Origin: Candidatus Fimimonas gallinarum
GTDB lineage: Bacteria; Bacillota; Clostridia; Christensenellales; CAG-314
Direction of reading: 5' to 3'
DNA: 64,000 nt
Assembly: GCA_018712065.1 (NCBI GenBank)
Contig: DVHL01000010.1
Span: 3,028 to 67,027 of the forward strand
In this document: one piece after another, positions 28,366-38,752 of the stretch
Position numbering within the stretch: position 1 is the stretch's first letter
How the letters are laid out: every line of letters starts with the position of its first letter
Notes under the pieces: generated by a model
Databases searched by the model: none
What the model was told of the DNA's origin: nothing
The model's input: only the letters and a program-made list of their open reading frames with translations
Translations under genes and position numbers: made by a program

Positions 28366-28851
28366 GTTTTTGTTTGCCCTGCCCGAAATTTTGTTTTTTG
28401 AATTTGCACCCTTTGTTTTTCCTTGCAACGTGTTTTTCACGGCATTGCGACGAGGTTTCGGGGAAAAATTTTTGCAATGCCTGTTGTGGCGAGGGCAAGT
28501 GCCAACTTCGCCACGTGTTTTGTGCAACAAGCGCAAAGGGGCAAAAGCAATAGTTTCAACTTGTAAATTTTTTCAGGGGGCGGTTTCCGCTCCCTTTTGT
28601 TTTGCAAAAAATTGCCTTCTGTTTTGCAAAATTTACCGTTGTGTTTCAAACAACGAAATTGACGGCAAATGAAAGGCAGTACCTTGCAAAAATTCGGGCA
28701 GAAAAATTATTTCGGGGTAGGTTTTGGGCAATAAAATAACTGTTGTTTCAAAGACTTGCTTAAAAAATATAATTGTTGTATAATATCTGCAAAAGGACGG
28801 CGTGAAACGCTGTGCGTGAGCGTTGTCCAAAACTTTTACGGAGAAATTGCT

Positions 28852-29670
28852 GTGAGATATCAAAGTAAATCGGCAATTGCATATTTTTTCCGCAACTTCT
28901 GGCATCTTGTTCCGTGGAGCGTGGTGTCGGCTGTTTTGCTGGGAATGTTTTGCAACAACAATACGGTAATTGTGGTGTATCACGATTTTATTGCGGGAAA
29001 CATTACCGCCGAAAACGTCGCCACTACGGTTTTGAACTACGCCGGCGTTTTGCGTTTCGGGCAGTATTGGTGGGGGTTGCTTGTGGCATTGGTGGTGTTT
29101 TCCTTCACGGAAAGCCTGCTGATGGTAAAGGTGGAACGCCACATGCGTGTAGGGGAAATGAAAGCCTTTCCCTTCCGCCGTGCTTTGTCCCTTACGCCCA
29201 CGGTGTTTGTGTTTGTGCTGTGCGTAACTGCGGTGCTGGAATGTCTTAACCTCATTGTAGTGGGAATTGCCTTTCTTTTGCAATCGTTTGGGGTAACGGC
29301 GGTGCTGTGGACAAGTGCGGCTTTGCTTGTATTGGTAAAGGTGCTGTTGATGCTTCTCATCGGAACTTTGCTTGTGGCGTTTCCCATAATGATTTTGGAA
29401 AATTACAGTTTCAATCAGGCGTTGTCCTACTCGGTGAGATTGATGAGCGAAAAACGCAGGTTTTTGTGGTTGCTTGCAACGCTGTATCCCCTCACGGAAA
29501 TAGTGCTGACGGTAATTTCCGCTTTGATTGACGTTTATGCCGTTACCGTTACTTTATTTGCGCTGATGTACCTTGTCGGCATTGCTCTTATGCCCAGCGT
29601 AACTTTCAAATTGTACTACGACAGCGTCGGCGGCGAGCGCAGAGATATTTCCTGCGTTATGTTCGGCTGA
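28852..29670 (+). CDS. Hypothetical polytopic membrane protein
   Basis: About 6 hydrophobic segments; probable GTG start after ggag. Confidence 0.7.
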   Translation: MRYQSKSAIAYFFRNFWHLVPWSVVSAVLLGMFCNNNTVIVVYHDFIAGNITAENVATTVLNYAGVLRFGQYWWGLLVALVVFSFTESLLMVKVERHMRVGEMKAFPFRRALSLTPTVFVFVLCVTAVLECLNLIVVGIAFLLQSFGVTAVLWTSAALLVLVKVLLMLLIGTLLVAFPIMILENYSFNQALSYSVRLMSEKRRFLWLLATLYPLTEIVLTVISALIDVYAVTVTLFALMYLVGIALMPSVTFKLYYDSVGGERRDISCVMFG

Positions 29671-29683
29671 CAACGGGGGCGTT

Positions 29684-30685
29684 ATGTTACTTAACAAAGC
29701 ATTGATTCTTTCTGCAAACAACTGGAAAGTAATGGTGAAAGCGCTGATTTTTCAGGTGCTTATTCTTGCATTGCTTGTCGCCCTGTGCTTTTTGATTTTC
29801 GGCGGAATAGTAAACGACATCATCAGCGTTTCCACGGCAGGCGGTTGGGATGATTTTTTCCGTGATACCGTTCAATCAATTGCCGACGGTACTTTCGACG
29901 GCACAACGTTTGCACAACAGTTGGCGCAAAGCATAGACAAAACGCAGGCGGCAATAGAGGCAATCCCCAACATGTGGAACAGGGTGGAATTTTCCTACAT
30001 CACCTGCATAATACTTGTAATTTTGTACCGCATGCTCATTTCCTTTTCCGACGTTGCGGTATGTTTTCAGATTGCGGAATTCATGACGTCCAACACGGAA
30101 CGTCCCTTCACATGGTTTGTGGTGAAAAAATTCGGCGAAAGTTGCAGTTTCATTTTCCGTCAGATGCTGTTGGCTTTGCCGTTGGATTTGCTGGTACTTA
30201 TCGGCAGTACGGGGCTCAGCCTCATCTTTGTGCTGACTCTCAGATGGTGGTCCATCATTCCCGCAGCGATAATTGCATTGTTTATGTATTCGGCAAGGCA
30301 CGCCTATCTTGCTTTTTGGCTTCCTTCGCTTGTTACCGAGGGCAAAAACGTGCGTCAAAGTTGCATAAACGGGCTTACCGTCATTCCCCGCCGTTTCTGG
30401 CACGTTTTCTGGAAAACTTTTGTGGTAATTTTGCTTATGGCGTGCATTTCGTTGGTGTCGTTGCTGTACATCGACAACGCGTTGCTGAAACTTGCCGTAG
30501 GCACGGTACCCAACCTTTGCCTGTTTTTCATTTTGAAATGTATCAACCTTGTGGAATACTTTCAGGCAACCAACAAACCTTACTTCTACAAAAAGGTGTA
30601 CGTCGAAGGTACCGACCAGTTCAACAAAAAAATGGCAAGAGAAAAACGCTCTTCCAAATCGGCAAAGACAACAAAAAACAAGTGA
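29684..30685 (+). CDS. Hypothetical polytopic membrane protein
   Basis: About 6 hydrophobic segments, basic C-tail; co-oriented with the previous gene. Confidence 0.75.
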   Translation: MLLNKALILSANNWKVMVKALIFQVLILALLVALCFLIFGGIVNDIISVSTAGGWDDFFRDTVQSIADGTFDGTTFAQQLAQSIDKTQAAIEAIPNMWNRVEFSYITCIILVILYRMLISFSDVAVCFQIAEFMTSNTERPFTWFVVKKFGESCSFIFRQMLLALPLDLLVLIGSTGLSLIFVLTLRWWSIIPAAIIALFMYSARHAYLAFWLPSLVTEGKNVRQSCINGLTVIPRRFWHVFWKTFVVILLMACISLVSLLYIDNALLKLAVGTVPNLCLFFILKCINLVEYFQATNKPYFYKKVYVEGTDQFNKKMAREKRSSKSAKTTKNK

Positions 30686-30876
30686 GGAATTTTTGCTGTA
30701 AATTTTGCCGACACTCAAAATGATACTTCGTTTGCCATGGAGTGGCAAACTGCCGTTGCCTTTTCAAAGGCAACACAGTCAGGTTGCATCTGACAAAAAA
30801 TTTGACAAAAAGACAAAATATTGGCAAACAATCTTCGAGGAGATTGTCTTTTTGTGTTGTTAACAAGAGGAATTTT

Positions 30877-32778
30877 ATGAATAGAAACAAAACAAGAGGC
30901 GCAGCGACAAAACCTGCGTCAAACGGGAGGTTTGCCAAAGCCTCAAAGACGGCAGGCAGGCAAACTACCGATATCGGACGGTACAGGCGAGCCAAAGGCA
31001 GTGCCAAAACCGCCGATAACAGACAAAAAAAGGAAAACATGAAAAACAGTCAACAAAAATCGCTTTCCCAACAAAATGCGGAACGCAACGGCGTTTTTCG
31101 TTACGGACACCCCAAAGGCAAACTTAAAGTAATGTTTTTGGGCGGAGTGGGCGAGATAGGCAAAAATATGACGGTTTTCGAGTACGGCGACAGCATTGTC
31201 GTTATTGATGCGGGAATGTCTTTCCCGGGAAACGACATGCCCGGCGTGGACGTAGTCATTCCCGATTTTTCCTACCTTGTGCAAAACCGCAACAAGATAA
31301 AAGCGGTGCTTCTCACCCACGGGCACGAAGACCACATCGGCGCCATTGCATTTTTGGTGGAAAGGTTGGGCGGTAAGTTGGATTTGTACGGAACCAAACT
31401 CACTTTGGCTTTGGTGGAAAACAAACTTGCCGAACACAGCCTTACGGACAAAGTCAACCTTGTGACTATTTCCGACAAAAGCGTGGTGTCTTTGGGAGAT
31501 TTCACGGCGGAATTTATACACGTTTCCCACTCCGTTGCCGGAAGCGTGGCAATTTGTCTGCGTACACCTGTGGGCGTGGTGCTTCACACGGGCGATTTCA
31601 AAATCGACTACACGCCGCTTGGAAACGAAATAATGAACCTCAACCGCATTGCCGAAGTGGGCAAGCAGGGTGTGCTGCTGTTGATGAGCGAATCCACCAA
31701 CGTGGAAAAGGCAGGCTACACCATGAGCGAATCGGTTGTGGAAGACACAATGAACAAGGTGTTTCACGAGGCTAAGGGCAGAAGAATCATCGTTGCCACC
31801 TTTGCATCCAACGTCGACCGCATCGGCATGATTATTCACCTTGCCAAATTGTACAAACGCAAAATTGCCGTTTCCGGCAGAAGCATGATAAAGTACATCG
31901 AAACAGCCTGCCGTGTCGGGCAGATGTCGGTGGACAACGACATTTTTGTGGACATTGACAAAATAAACAACGTGGAAGACGGCAAATTGCTTATTCTTTC
32001 CACGGGAAGTCAGGGCGAGCCTATGTCGGCGCTCACCCGCATGGCAAGCGGCGAATTCAACAAAGTGCACATCGGAAGCAACGACACGATTGTAATTTCC
32101 GCCACGCCCATTCCCGGTAACGAAAGGGACATTTACAACGTAATAAACAAACTGTACCGTTTGGGCGCAATGGTGGTGTACTCCGCCTTGGAAGCGGTGC
32201 ACGTTTCCGGACACGCCTGCCAGGAAGAACTGAAACTCATCTACACGTTGGTAAAGCCCAAGTACTTCATTCCCATTCACGGCGAGTACCGACATCTCAA
32301 ACAGCACGCCATGCTGGTGGAAAAATTGGGGCACAAGCGTTCCAACATAATTATTCCCGACATAGGTGACTGTGTGGAATTGGACAACAGCGTCTTTAAG
32401 GTGTGCGGCACCGTTACCAGCGGCAGCGTGATGGTGGACGGTCTTGGCGTTGGGGACGTTGGCAACATCGTGCTTAAAGACAGGCTTTCCCTTGCCGAAG
32501 AGGGCATCTTGGTGTGCAGCGTTGCCGTCAACGAAAAGGGACGTGTGGTGTCTTCCGTCGAGGTGGCAAGCCGAGGCTGTTTCTTTGTGGGGGACGACCA
32601 CAACGACGCAATGGTGGACGAACTCAAACGTCTGTTGACGGAGGAAATTTATTCGGCGCTAAGAAACGGCAAAAACGTGCCTGCGGTTAAATCGGCAATT
32701 CAACGCACGGCAAGAAGTTACTTCCGCAGTAAGTACAAGCGCAATCCCGTTGTGTTGCCTTTGGTGTTGGAAGTGTAG
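30877..32778 (+). CDS. rnj: Ribonuclease J (alternative start 31039)
   Basis: LGGVGEIGKNM, THGHEDHIG, HTGDFKID, STGSQGEP, HVSGHA, PIHGEYRH. Confidence 0.95.
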   Translation: MNRNKTRGAATKPASNGRFAKASKTAGRQTTDIGRYRRAKGSAKTADNRQKKENMKNSQQKSLSQQNAERNGVFRYGHPKGKLKVMFLGGVGEIGKNMTVFEYGDSIVVIDAGMSFPGNDMPGVDVVIPDFSYLVQNRNKIKAVLLTHGHEDHIGAIAFLVERLGGKLDLYGTKLTLALVENKLAEHSLTDKVNLVTISDKSVVSLGDFTAEFIHVSHSVAGSVAICLRTPVGVVLHTGDFKIDYTPLGNEIMNLNRIAEVGKQGVLLLMSESTNVEKAGYTMSESVVEDTMNKVFHEAKGRRIIVATFASNVDRIGMIIHLAKLYKRKIAVSGRSMIKYIETACRVGQMSVDNDIFVDIDKINNVEDGKLLILSTGSQGEPMSALTRMASGEFNKVHIGSNDTIVISATPIPGNERDIYNVINKLYRLGAMVVYSALEAVHVSGHACQEELKLIYTLVKPKYFIPIHGEYRHLKQHAMLVEKLGHKRSNIIIPDIGDCVELDNSVFKVCGTVTSGSVMVDGLGVGDVGNIVLKDRLSLAEEGILVCSVAVNEKGRVVSSVEVASRGCFFVGDDHNDAMVDELKRLLTEEIYSALRNGKNVPAVKSAIQRTARSYFRSKYKRNPVVLPLVLEV

Positions 32779-32779
32779 C

Positions 32780-33370
32780 ATGAGCGTGGATTTGCAGGAA
32801 CTTTTGCGTTACGCACGCCAAAGATACATTCCCGTTATGCTGGACGACACCCGTCAACTTTTGTTTGACGTTGTCAGCCGTTGCCGTCCCAAACGTATTT
32901 TGGAAATCGGCACTGCAATAGGGTACAGCGGAATAATTATGCTTACGGCAAGCCCTCTTGCCACCCTCAACACCATCGAACTGGACGAACAGGTGGCAAA
33001 CATTGCCAGGCAAAACTTTCAAAAGGCGGAAATGTCCGACAGGGTTAACCTGTTTGTGGGGGACGCAAGGGAAATTGTAACTTTGCTCACGGGCAGTTAC
33101 GATTTTATATTTATGGACGGTCCAAAGGGACAGTACGAGGTGTTTTTGCCCTATCTGACGGAGGTGCTGGAAGTGGGGGGAACGCTTGTGTGCGACAACG
33201 TGCTGTACAAGGGACTTGCGGAAAACGTCCCCGAAAACAAACGGCACAAACACATCACCGTGGCACGCAACATGCACGCTTTTTTGCAGGACATAACCAC
33301 AAACCAACGTTACCGCACGCAACTGTACCGAACAGGCGACGGAGTCAGCGTGTCGGTAAAATTGAAGTGA
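32780..33370 (+). CDS. O-methyltransferase (YrrM/TrmR-like tRNA 5-hydroxyuridine methyltransferase)
   Basis: ILEIGTAIGYS, FMDGPKGQY, CDNVLYKG; adjacent to a U32 gene. Confidence 0.85.
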   Translation: MSVDLQELLRYARQRYIPVMLDDTRQLLFDVVSRCRPKRILEIGTAIGYSGIIMLTASPLATLNTIELDEQVANIARQNFQKAEMSDRVNLFVGDAREIVTLLTGSYDFIFMDGPKGQYEVFLPYLTEVLEVGGTLVCDNVLYKGLAENVPENKRHKHITVARNMHAFLQDITTNQRYRTQLYRTGDGVSVSVKLK

Positions 33371-33384
33371 AGCGTTTGCCGTGA

Positions 33385-33780
33385 AAAGCAGTGCGACAAA
33401 AGTTTGTACAAAATACGTTTCGCACTTTCCAACTGCGGAACAAGTGTTTTCATGTTTTACGAGCGTTGTTCGTTCAACGTGGCTTGCTGAAATGATTGCA
33501 CGAAACGCTGTGCGTACTGTTTGCTACGGTGGAAGCAGTAGCGACACAGTTTGTCCAAAATACGTTTCGCACTTTCCAACTGCGGACAATCGTTTTCATG
33601 TTTTGCAAGCGTTGTCCATTTAATGTGGCTTGCTGAAATGATTGCACGAAACGCTGTACTGTACTGTTTGCCCCTGTGAAGCAGTAGCGACACAGTTTGT
33701 ACAAAATACGTTTCGCACTTTCCAACTGCGGAACAATAGTTTTCATGTTTTGTAAGCGTTGTTCTTTTAACGTGGCTTAC
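33385..33780. repeat. About 2.7 tandem copies of a ~146-147 bp unit
   Basis: aaaatacgtttcgcactttccaactgcgga at 33410, 33557 and 33703. Confidence 0.92.
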
Positions 33781-34098
33781 GCTGAAAAAGTTACAAAAAC
33801 GCAGTAGGCTGACTGACGGGCGTAAAGGTAAGTAATTTGTCTGCCTGTAATAAAGTGGATAAAACGCCACTGTCGGGCAGTCGGCTTCAAATAGAGTAGT
33901 GTATTTCTCCGCAGAACGGGAGTTCGGTTGCCCTTTTTGCGGAGTTTTCGCTGTAATTGCATTGCGAGCGTGCGTGTAACGCTCAATGCACAGCAAAGTG
34001 AATGGTACGCCGCATTTTGCCGTCAAAAAGCGTTTTTGTTGCGAAAAAAGGGATTTTTTCGCAACACAATTTAAAAAACAAAGGAATTGAAGAATACT

Positions 34099-35322
34099 AT
34101 GACAAACATAATCCCCCAAAAAATGGAATTACTTGCACCGGCAGGCAACATGGAAAAACTGAAAACCGCCTTTCACTTCGGGGCAGACGCCGTGTATCTT
34201 GCAGGTAAGCGTTACGGCTTGCGGGCATTTGCCGATAATTTCAGCGACGAGGAAATAGTCGAGGCTGTGCAATACGCCCATTCTTTGGGAAAAAAGGTGT
34301 ACGTAACGTTGAACATTTTTGCCAAGAATTCCGACTTCGACACGCTTGCCGACTATCTTTCTTTGCTGGAAAAAGCGCAGGTGGACGCAGTGCTTGTAAG
34401 CGATGTCGGGGTGTTGGACTTTGTGCGCAGTCACAGTAAGTTGCGTGTACATGTTTCCACTCAGGCAAACACAACAAATGCCTACGCCGTGGGTTTTTGG
34501 AGCAAAATGGGCGCCGAAAGAGTGGTGCTTGCAAGGGAAATGTCCATGCAGGACATAGCCGAAACTCACCGCCGTTACCCCGACGTGCAGTTGGAGTGTT
34601 TTGTTCACGGCGCAATGTGCATCAGTTATTCTGGGCGTTGTCTTTTGTCCAACTATCTCACTTCACGGGACAGCAACAGGGGCGAATGTGTTCAGGCGTG
34701 CCGTTGGAAGTGGACTGTGCGGGAAGTTTCCCGAGAGGACAGCCTGCCTGTGGAAGAGGATAGCCGTGGCACCTATATTTTCAATTCCAAGGATATGAAC
34801 ATGCTTGCCCATTTGCAGGATTTTGCAAATGTCGGCGTGGTAAGTTTGAAAATAGAAGGAAGAATGAAATCGCCTTTCTACGTTGCAACGGTAGTCAATG
34901 CCTACCGAAGGGCGTTGGACGCTTTGTACAACGGTACACTTACCCAAAACCTTGTGCAAACGCTCAACTCGGAACTTGACAAGGCTTCGCACCGAGAGTA
35001 CACAACGGGTTTCTACTACCACGAGGAAGAAAGCCGTCAGTACTACAACGACAGCAAGGCGGTGGAAGAGTACAAGTTCATTGCCGTCGTCAGACAGGTT
35101 TTGGATGGCAAAATTGTAGTGGAACAACGCAACAGATTTGTTGTGGGCGACTGTCTGGAAACGCTTTCCAACACGGAATTTTCCTCCAAAAACTTTGTTG
35201 TCAGGGAGATTTTCGACGAAACGGGCAACACCGTGCAGGTGGCAAACAGGGTACAGCAAATTTTGACGATAAACTGTCCCTACAAACTTTCCGTCGGCGA
35301 CATTCTGCGCAGAAAAAACTGA
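34099..35322 (+). CDS. Peptidase U32 family (TrhP/YrrO-like tRNA hydroxylation protein)
   Basis: ELLAPAG, GADAVY, HGAMCISYSGRCLLS, NRGECVQACRW, KIEGRMK. Confidence 0.92.
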   Translation: MTNIIPQKMELLAPAGNMEKLKTAFHFGADAVYLAGKRYGLRAFADNFSDEEIVEAVQYAHSLGKKVYVTLNIFAKNSDFDTLADYLSLLEKAQVDAVLVSDVGVLDFVRSHSKLRVHVSTQANTTNAYAVGFWSKMGAERVVLAREMSMQDIAETHRRYPDVQLECFVHGAMCISYSGRCLLSNYLTSRDSNRGECVQACRWKWTVREVSREDSLPVEEDSRGTYIFNSKDMNMLAHLQDFANVGVVSLKIEGRMKSPFYVATVVNAYRRALDALYNGTLTQNLVQTLNSELDKASHREYTTGFYYHEEESRQYYNDSKAVEEYKFIAVVRQVLDGKIVVEQRNRFVVGDCLETLSNTEFSSKNFVVREIFDETGNTVQVANRVQQILTINCPYKLSVGDILRRKN

Positions 35323-35430
35323 CCTTGCCCATTTGACGGGAAAAGTCAGTTTTGCGTGAAAAACGTTTTTGCGCCCCAAAACCGCCCTGTTGCTACGTGG
35401 AAGTTTTGTGTTTCAAGTAACTTTTCAACC

Positions 35431-35650
35431 GTTAATTACTCTGTCCGTCAGCATTGCGGGCAGAGTTTTTTATGCAAAAAAAGTAGTGCTTTTTTCATAA
35501 ATTCGGTGTCTTGCGTTTATTTGGCGTTTTAATTCATTTTTCAAGTGTTAATTACTCTGTCCGTCAGCATTGCGGACAGAGTTTTTTATGCAAAAAAAGT
35601 AGTGCTTTTTTCGTAAATTTGGTGTCTTGCGTTTGTTTGGCGTTTCAATT
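35431..35650. repeat. 116-bp tandem duplication, each copy with an intrinsic terminator
   Basis: gttaattactctgtccgtcagcattgcgg(g/a)cagagtttttt at 35431 and 35547. Confidence 0.9.
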
Positions 35651-35651
35651 T

Positions 35652-36272
35652 TCAATTTGTTTTGTTTTGTAGCATTTCTTCCGCCCTACGTACTGCGCCC
35701 AAAGCGAAAATTTCCACGTTTTCCGCCTGATGAGTAACGGTTATGCTTTCGCCGTCGGTGGCAAAAACAACTTGGTGCTTGCCGAAATTGCTTCCGCAAC
35801 GCAAAGAATGTACACGTACAATGCGTGTGCCGTTTTGCATAATGTCGCAGGCAAGCAGTTTAGCCGTACCGCTGGGGCAATCGGCTTTTTGCTTGCGGTG
35901 CGTTTCCACAATTTCGCAGTCCCAGCCCAAACGGGCAAGCACCTTGCACACCTTTCTCATGGCGTCTATGCCTATGCTGAAATTTGCGCTTTCGCACACT
36001 TCAACGCTCTTTTTCAACTCATCCAACAACCGTTGCTGATTTTCGTTTCTGCCTGTTACGCCCGTTACGAGGGGGCAACGCATTTTTCTGCAAAAGTCGC
36101 ACACCTGCCGTGTGGCTTCAGCCGTGGAAAAATCCACAACGATGTCCACCTGCTCCGTTGTGTAAAGGTCGTCGCCCTTTTCAATGGGAACAACCGTGTG
36201 TTTTCTCTCTTTGGCTATTTTGCAAACGCTTTTGCCCACTCTGCCTTTTGCCCCGAAAACTGCCAGTTTCAT
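35652..36272 (-). CDS. dapB: 4-hydroxy-tetrahydrodipicolinate reductase (short, divergent)
   Basis: GAKGRVG, VDFS, GVTG, SANFSIG, ETHRKQKADCPSGTA, HSLR...GKHQV. Confidence 0.88.
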   Translation of the reverse strand: MKLAVFGAKGRVGKSVCKIAKERKHTVVPIEKGDDLYTTEQVDIVVDFSTAEATRQVCDFCRKMRCPLVTGVTGRNENQQRLLDELKKSVEVCESANFSIGIDAMRKVCKVLARLGWDCEIVETHRKQKADCPSGTAKLLACDIMQNGTRIVRVHSLRCGSNFGKHQVVFATDGESITVTHQAENVEIFALGAVRRAEEMLQNKTN

Positions 36273-36321
36273 TTTGCCTCCTTTATTTGTGCGTTCAATT
36301 TTTTCAACAGTGCGGTAGTTG

Positions 36322-37302
36322 TCACCGTAAAAAGGGTAAAAATTGCCGCAAAAATTCGTCTGCGTCCTTTTGCAGATTTTGGCTTGCTTTTGTAAGAGGT
36401 AAGCGCATTTCAAAGTTGTCAAACACGCCCGTTTTGTACAGCAGATATTTTATGGGCAGAGGGTTTATTTCTCTGAAACACAGCGATGCAAGCGCAGCAA
36501 AAACTTCTTGCTCTCGGCAACTTTCCGACGTAGGGCAAAGGCTGTGCAAGGACTTTTCAAGGCACGTTTCTTTTTTGCAAGTGTATTCCGCATTGCTGTT
36601 GCAACGGCACGGTTCGTCCTCGGTTTTTGCGGTAAATTCGCCATTTTTTACGGCATTTTCACCGTCGCAGTGTAACGAGTGCAAAACGTCGGCAGTAAGA
36701 TGCGGTGCTACGTTGCTTACCACCGACACAACGCCGTACATGTCCGTTTTGCAAAATTCCGACAGTTTTTCCTCGTTTCCGCACAGCAATTTGATGTGCT
36801 TTTCGCAGTTTTCGGCGTACCCGATGTCGCTTCCTGCGTCTTTGAGGTATTCTATGCCCTCTTGCGCAAGTTGTTTTACGGCGTCTTCCCACAAAACATA
36901 TCCGCAACGGGATGGCGCATTGTACAGCATTATCGGCAAATCGCAAGCCTCTTTTATCAGTTGCACGTGTCGCACAAACCCTTCCTTTGTACATTTGGAA
37001 AAGGACGGCGGAGTAACAAGCACCCCGTAAACGCCGTTTTTTGCGGCAAATTCCGCCTCAACCTGTGCAACGGCGGTAACGGAAGAGGAAACTCCCAACC
37101 AGATTTGCTTGTCGGGCAACACGGCTTTGCAGGCGTTAAGCAACAATTTTTTTTCACAGGCGCACAGTGCCGCCCCTTCGCCCGTAGTGCCTGCGCACAG
37201 CACGCCGTCGGCACAAATCTGGCTTTCCAGCAGTTTAACAAAACTTTCCAAATGTATTTTGCCATGCAAAAAGGGTGTGGCAAGCGCAGTAATTAGTTTC
37301 AT
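36322..37302 (-). CDS. dapA: 4-hydroxy-tetrahydrodipicolinate synthase (divergent, with insertion)
   Basis: TALATPF, GTTGEG, LYNAPSRCG, YLKDA Schiff-base Lys, EINPLPIK, RLPL. Confidence 0.85.
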   Translation of the reverse strand: MKLITALATPFLHGKIHLESFVKLLESQICADGVLCAGTTGEGAALCACEKKLLLNACKAVLPDKQIWLGVSSSVTAVAQVEAEFAAKNGVYGVLVTPPSFSKCTKEGFVRHVQLIKEACDLPIMLYNAPSRCGYVLWEDAVKQLAQEGIEYLKDAGSDIGYAENCEKHIKLLCGNEEKLSEFCKTDMYGVVSVVSNVAPHLTADVLHSLHCDGENAVKNGEFTAKTEDEPCRCNSNAEYTCKKETCLEKSLHSLCPTSESCREQEVFAALASLCFREINPLPIKYLLYKTGVFDNFEMRLPLTKASQNLQKDADEFLRQFLPFLR

Positions 37303-38279
37303 TGCAAATCTCCGTTGTTTTTCATACATTGAATCAGTATTTGATAGGCGTTGTAGGCTGCGCCACGCAAAAGATTGTCCGCCACGACAAACATGTTGAC
37401 CCCTTTGCCCGTGTCGTCTCGGAAAATTCTTCCCACACCCACAAAGTGAGTGTGGCGCAACACGGCAGGCATCGGAAACAGTTGTTGTTGAGCGTCGTCA
37501 AACAAAAGTACGTCTTTGGTGTTTTTAAGCAATGACCGTATCTGTTCTATTTCAAACGATTGTTGCAGGCGGACGTTGACAAAAGCGCAATGTCCCACCG
37601 TTACAGGCACACGCACGCAAAAAGCGTTTACTGCAAGTGAGGATTGGTGCAAAATCTTTCCCGTTTCAAAACGCAACTTGTTTTCCTCGGTAGTGTTGCC
37701 ACTTGGCAACACATTGCCTATTTGTGCAATGACGTTGTCGAACAGCGGATGCGGAAAACTTTTCAGTTTGCCGTAGGTTCGTTTTTCCGTAAGGTCCGTC
37801 AGTCCCTCTTTGCCTGCGCCGCTCGCCGCCTGGTAGGTTACCACGGTGAGATGTTCCATTCCCAACTTTTGCAAAGGCGCAAGGGCTATTGCAACCTGAA
37901 TTGTGGTGCAGTTTGGATTGGAAACTAGTTTGCATCTGCCAATATCCTGCGCATTTATTTGCGGAACAACCAACGGCACGTCTTTTTTCATGCGAAACGC
38001 CGAACTGTTGTCGATGCACACAACCTTTTTCTCTACAAGTTGCGGTATGTACTTTGCGGAAACTTCTTCGTTTGTCATAAACAGTGCGTAGTCTACATCG
38101 TCATCTTTAAGACTGTCTATGTGTTTTACCGTGTAAGTTTTACCGAAATAGCACAGTTTCTGCCCCACGCTGGCATTGCCGTACATTACAATTTTTTCAC
38201 CGTCAAGTTTGTCCGTAAGGATTTCACACAGTTTGCTTCCCGTAATACCGCTTGCTCCCACAATAGCAATAGTCGACAT
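37299..38279 (-). CDS. asd: Aspartate-semialdehyde dehydrogenase
   Basis: VGASGITG, IDNSSAFRM, NPNCTT, YQAASGAG, CVRVPV..GH, DNLLRGAA. Confidence 0.95.
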   Translation of the reverse strand: MSTIAIVGASGITGSKLCEILTDKLDGEKIVMYGNASVGQKLCYFGKTYTVKHIDSLKDDDVDYALFMTNEEVSAKYIPQLVEKKVVCIDNSSAFRMKKDVPLVVPQINAQDIGRCKLVSNPNCTTIQVAIALAPLQKLGMEHLTVVTYQAASGAGKEGLTDLTEKRTYGKLKSFPHPLFDNVIAQIGNVLPSGNTTEENKLRFETGKILHQSSLAVNAFCVRVPVTVGHCAFVNVRLQQSFEIEQIRSLLKNTKDVLLFDDAQQQLFPMPAVLRHTHFVGVGRIFRDDTGKGVNMFVVADNLLRGAAYNAYQILIQCMKNNGDLQ

Positions 38280-38752
38280 CAATTTCTCCGTACTACTACA
38301 ATATTACTTTTCACCGCAAAAATTACCAACGCAAGCACCCTGCACAAGACCACACTTGTACACAATTTGCATTTGTGGTGTTTGTCGTGGAAAAATGCCG
38401 AAAATACAAGGGGCGAATTGCGGTTGGGGTATGGTGCAAAACGAAGTTGCACACATGCCGTGAAGAACACAATGCCGTTGTAGTCGTTGAAACATTCAGC
38501 ACCGTTGAAAAAGTGTAGTTGCAAAATATTTTCCAAAACACAACTGCGGTAAGCATTTTCAAACAAATTTCAGGTGTTTGGCGGATAATAAGGGTGCAAT
38601 AAAATTTAATTAAAAAACCAAACAATATAATTGAAAAAATAAATATTTTTTGATATAATAACTAAATGTAGTGGCTTTTTGCGCAATTACTTGCAAAAAG
38701 CCGTAGCAACAATAAACATTTAGGGGTTGTTTGCAACTCCGAAGGAATTTTT

